In this document: positions 62,655 to 64,000 of the stretch, piece by piece
How the letters are laid out: each line of letters starts with the position of its first letter
How positions within the stretch are numbered: position 1 is the first letter of the stretch
Assembly: GCF_964204865.1 (NCBI RefSeq)
Contig: NC_135251.1
Location: 558,001-622,000, forward strand
Direction: 5' to 3'
Source of the DNA: Styela clava
Taxonomy: Eukaryota
Length of the DNA stretch: 64,000 nucleotides
Position numbers and translations under genes: made by a program
The notes under the pieces: generated by a model
Databases searched by the model: none
What the model saw: only the letters and a program-made list of their open reading frames with translations
Told to the model about the DNA's origin: nothing

Positions 62655-63969
62655 CTGTAAAAATATGCGAAAAAGGGAATTTATTTCAATACCAACCGAT
62701 AACCTACGTGAATACAACGAATACCTACATGTGTGGAAACCGTAAATGCCTTAATGTCTCGATCAAATGTAAAATATTTGTTTTAGGCTGCGGCATGATA
62801 TCAGTTTGACATTAAATCGTAGGGAGTGTCTCCATCCGGATAGCGAAACCAAAATTTCAATGAAATCATGCAAATTGGTTCCTAGAAAGGATTAGAACTC
62901 TAAATTTTTAACTTTAACCTGTGATGCGACACAATTAAGTCTGACGCTTTTACCACCAGGCCATCTAACCAAAGTAGGTTTGATTTTATTGCAAAATCTT
63001 ACTCGAGCGTTTGTCCTACTTATACGATTAATCACTGACTTTTTTAAATGAATGAAATATAAAACAATATTTTCGTGTCACATCTTTGAATCTAAATAAA
63101 GATTTTGATAATGAGTTAAATAATTTGATGGAGAGGAATAGGAACCATAAAGTGCAAATAAATTAATACGTGATCCCTGGCGCCATATGGTCTGAAAGTG
63201 GATATCTGACATATTGAAATTTAGGGATAGATGGATGTATGGTTAAATTCAGCATTTGAACGGCTTCTTCTATAGAGGGTTATATGGCTGCCATATCGAC
63301 ATCGGGTTAGGAAAAGGGATGGATATATGGTAAGGTACTATCTATAATATCTATCGTCTGATCTGTGTGCTATTGGGCTGTATTATAAACAGCGTCGCAA
63401 GTGAAGTAAGTTTGACAAAACTTGTTCTGATTCCTAACAAAAGCGCTCGGAGATGAATGAAAACTTGCTATGCGTTAGCGTTTCGGTAATTAACAAGTAA
63501 TTACTCTCGCTAAGAAACTGTACAAATAATATGGAGAAATTCTTAGGTATTTTTAAAATTCTGTTTTTTTTTACGCAAACGTATCGCGTTGTCTCGTGAA
63601 ATAATTTATATCAGGTGATAGACACTGTGGAAAATTATGATATGTTTACTAACATCTTGCAGTATTTCTATAAATTCACTTTATTTAGATACGTCGCGAG
63701 ATAATATTGATTTAAACTCTCTAAAAAATGAAGAATGATGCAGAAAATTTATCTATTTTCTGATCTTCCTGGTGTAGACGAAAATAACGTGAAATTGCAA
63801 GTAATTTTAACAAAATTATTTACAGTGTTTAAAAATATCTGTAATTTTCTTGAACTTGCAGAACCCGTCGTAATTGTCTCCCACTCCTTCAGAAAAACGC
63901 GTTTTTAGCGAATTTCGTCATATTTATGGAAAATCATTTGGTGTGTTAGTCACGGTGACACGCCTGTAC

Positions 63970-64000
63970 CTTGTAAAATCTTTGAGAGACAAACAGGAGG
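63970..64000 (-). CDS. Candidate exon 3' end of the minus-strand gene, running off the window
   Basis: ..TTTTACAAG|gtacag donor. The phase-0 reading LLFVSQRFYK would join RKLFSVGG and then IPDSC. The phase-1 reading PPVCLSKILQ is also open. Confidence 0.3.

Overview
AT-rich, repeat-littered animal genomic DNA, not prokaryotic. Nearly all ORFs in the six-frame track are noise, and the real genes are spliced. The organism is probably an invertebrate deuterostome such as an ascidian (inference from intron size, TGACGTCA abundance and mosaic CpG decay). Two convergent genes were assembled by hand from GT-AG sites with consistent intron phases. (1) Plus strand, about 23.35-40.40 kb: a 17-coding-exon, about 598 aa GMEB-family transcription factor with a KDWK SAND domain, the GMEB zinc motif and a coiled coil, plus exon-duplicated repeats. 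(2) Minus strand, 52.84 kb to at least 57.68 kb and probably past the window end: a furin-processed precursor ending in a 118 aa neurotrophin/Spaetzle-like domain. That domain appears to have lost the Cys3-Cys6 pair of the cystine knot and gained a new Cys pair in an inserted loop, which is the most unusual object in the window. The rest holds MITEs (hAT, Tigger/pogo-like, and a GG..CC family with 8-bp TSDs carrying YY1-like and TTAGGG motifs), tRNA-derived SINEs, a 47-bp minisatellite family and candidate regulatory clusters (NF-kB, CRE, RCGY). All coordinates were read by eye and may be off by a few bases. No database searches were run.
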